Assembly: GCA_964016885.1 (NCBI GenBank)
Contig: OZ024745.1
Coordinates: forward strand, 92,318,001 to 92,382,000
Length of the DNA: 64,000 bases
Direction: 5' to 3'
Origin: Eledone cirrhosa
Taxonomy: Eukaryota
In this document: in pieces, positions 62,702-64,000 of the stretch
Numbering within the stretch: position 1 is the first letter of the stretch
How the letters are laid out: the number at the start of each line of letters is the position of its first letter
Made by a program: the position numbers and the translations under genes
The notes under the pieces: model-generated
Database searches by the model: none
Seen by the model: only the letters and a program-made list of their open reading frames with translations
Told to the model about the DNA's origin: nothing

Positions 62702-63784
62702 CTAGCAGTGTATCCCGGCGTTGCACGGGTAAGAACATTGGTTACAGCACCTCCAATAAGAAACATTTATTTGTGAGTGCCTGTTAAAAACTCACGAAAA
62801 TATACCGACAGGAAACTTGTTTTATTTGGAGAAAATTAAGAAGTTGAAAGTACAGTTTAGCTGTCTACGTGCATTGTTCATAGAAATATTGTTGAGCCCC
62901 TTCTTTTCATATTCCTTTGTTTTGGCCTATTGGAGTCAAATGTGAAAGAGAAAGTCACAGGTTAAGTTGGCAGAAGGTTCCAGTGCAATAGCAGTAAGGC
63001 GTAAGCTACTTACCTCAAAAGTTCATTCGCACTCTTTCCATTAAGTTACTCTTTCTCTCTATTCCTGTCAGTGCAGTCCCTTGCGAATTTCTCGCATAGG
63101 CCTGGTGTAGATTTGCACCCGATCCATCTGCCTGATGCACATGTCCGCTTTGTACCGCTTTTGGAGGAAGGAGTGACCAGCAGTACGTTGTTTGGTATTA
63201 TTACGAAAAGGTGTAGCAGAGAATCCCGCGTGAACTAACAGCTCGGGAGGAAACTGCTTACCTCGAAGATTCATTCACCATCGTTCTTGTCAACGCTCCG
63301 TTTAGTTAGTATTTGTTGGTCTACAGTTAGATGAATTGGCAACTGGGCTGGCTTGCCTCACTTATATTATATATTAAAATAACAGATTAAAGTTTAAGCA
63401 AAGAATCGCTGCTTTCACCCTTAACGGGATCTTCTGAAACTAAAAAATTCAATCTGTGAACGCAGAAGTAAATATTTTGAAAAACATATATACATATATA
63501 CACACACACACATATAACATCATAATGTCGTAATGCAGACAGCCAGACATACAGACAGATATTATAAGGGCGCAACGTTATATCTATGTACCTATCTAAA
63601 AAGAAAGACGAAGAATTATAGAGAGAGATCGCTAAATCGCCTAATGCGGTCCCTAGGGCATCGAAAATTTGAAATATATAAATACAAGTTTGAAGTCAAT
63701 CGGAATAGAAATGTGGATTTGTATAGACTTTGCAAAAATGAGGACACACACACAGACAACTACAGTTATATATATATGTATAGA
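62702..63784 (-). mobile_element. Composite non-autonomous Helitron
   Basis: Minus strand: A|TCTATACATATATATATAACTGTAGTTGTCTG ... CCCGTGCAACGCCGGG ... CTAG|T. Includes the segment shared with 90-245 and the PLE-like remnant. Confidence 0.7.
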
Positions 63785-63792
63785 TTACACTT

Positions 63793-64000
63793 ACACTCCC
63801 AAAAGTCAGCTCCAAAGTAACACAGAGGAGACTGAGGTTAGCTGGATATGCTCACCAACATTCAGAGTTAACACTGCACTCAGTGCTCTTGTGGGAGCCC
63901 CTACATGGACACAGTAGAAGAGGGAGACCGAGGTTGACATATATTGATGTCCTAAGGTCAGACACTGTTCTCTGGGAGATGCAGGACATGGCAGCAATGA
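63793..64000 (+). mobile_element. RTE-clade LINE C-terminal fragment (not in the ORF track)
   Basis: My translation: PKVSSKVTQRRLRLAGYAHQHSELTLHSVLLWEPLHGHSRRGRPRLTYIDVLRSD. Confidence 0.85.

Overview
Repeat-saturated, AT-rich animal DNA, intergenic or intronic. The SINE/LINE mix looks cephalopod (Octopus-like), which is an inference. No host protein-coding gene is supported; most listed ORFs are microsatellite read-throughs. Two near full-length decayed non-LTR retrotransposons are present: a Tx1/L1-type APE-RT element (31.6-37.0 kb) and an R4/Dong-type RT-RLE element in a (TACA)n tract (44.0-48.0 kb). There are also CRE-like and RTE fragments, two Buster-type hAT elements with 8-bp TSDs nested in SINEs, five non-autonomous Helitrons, mariner/pogo/piggyBac MITEs, about 20 tRNA-derived SINEs, a 5.8-kb 25-bp satellite and several minisatellites. 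The most notable signals are: (1) Penelope-like fold-back remnants carrying hammerhead ribozyme motifs, including an apparently intact type I hammerhead present on both strands; (2) a palindromic Helitron dimer with CTAG|TC tail-to-head junctions on both strands; (3) SINEs stacked serially with the same target duplication three times; (4) minisatellites born from retroelement sequence. Coordinates were read by eye and may be off by a few bases.
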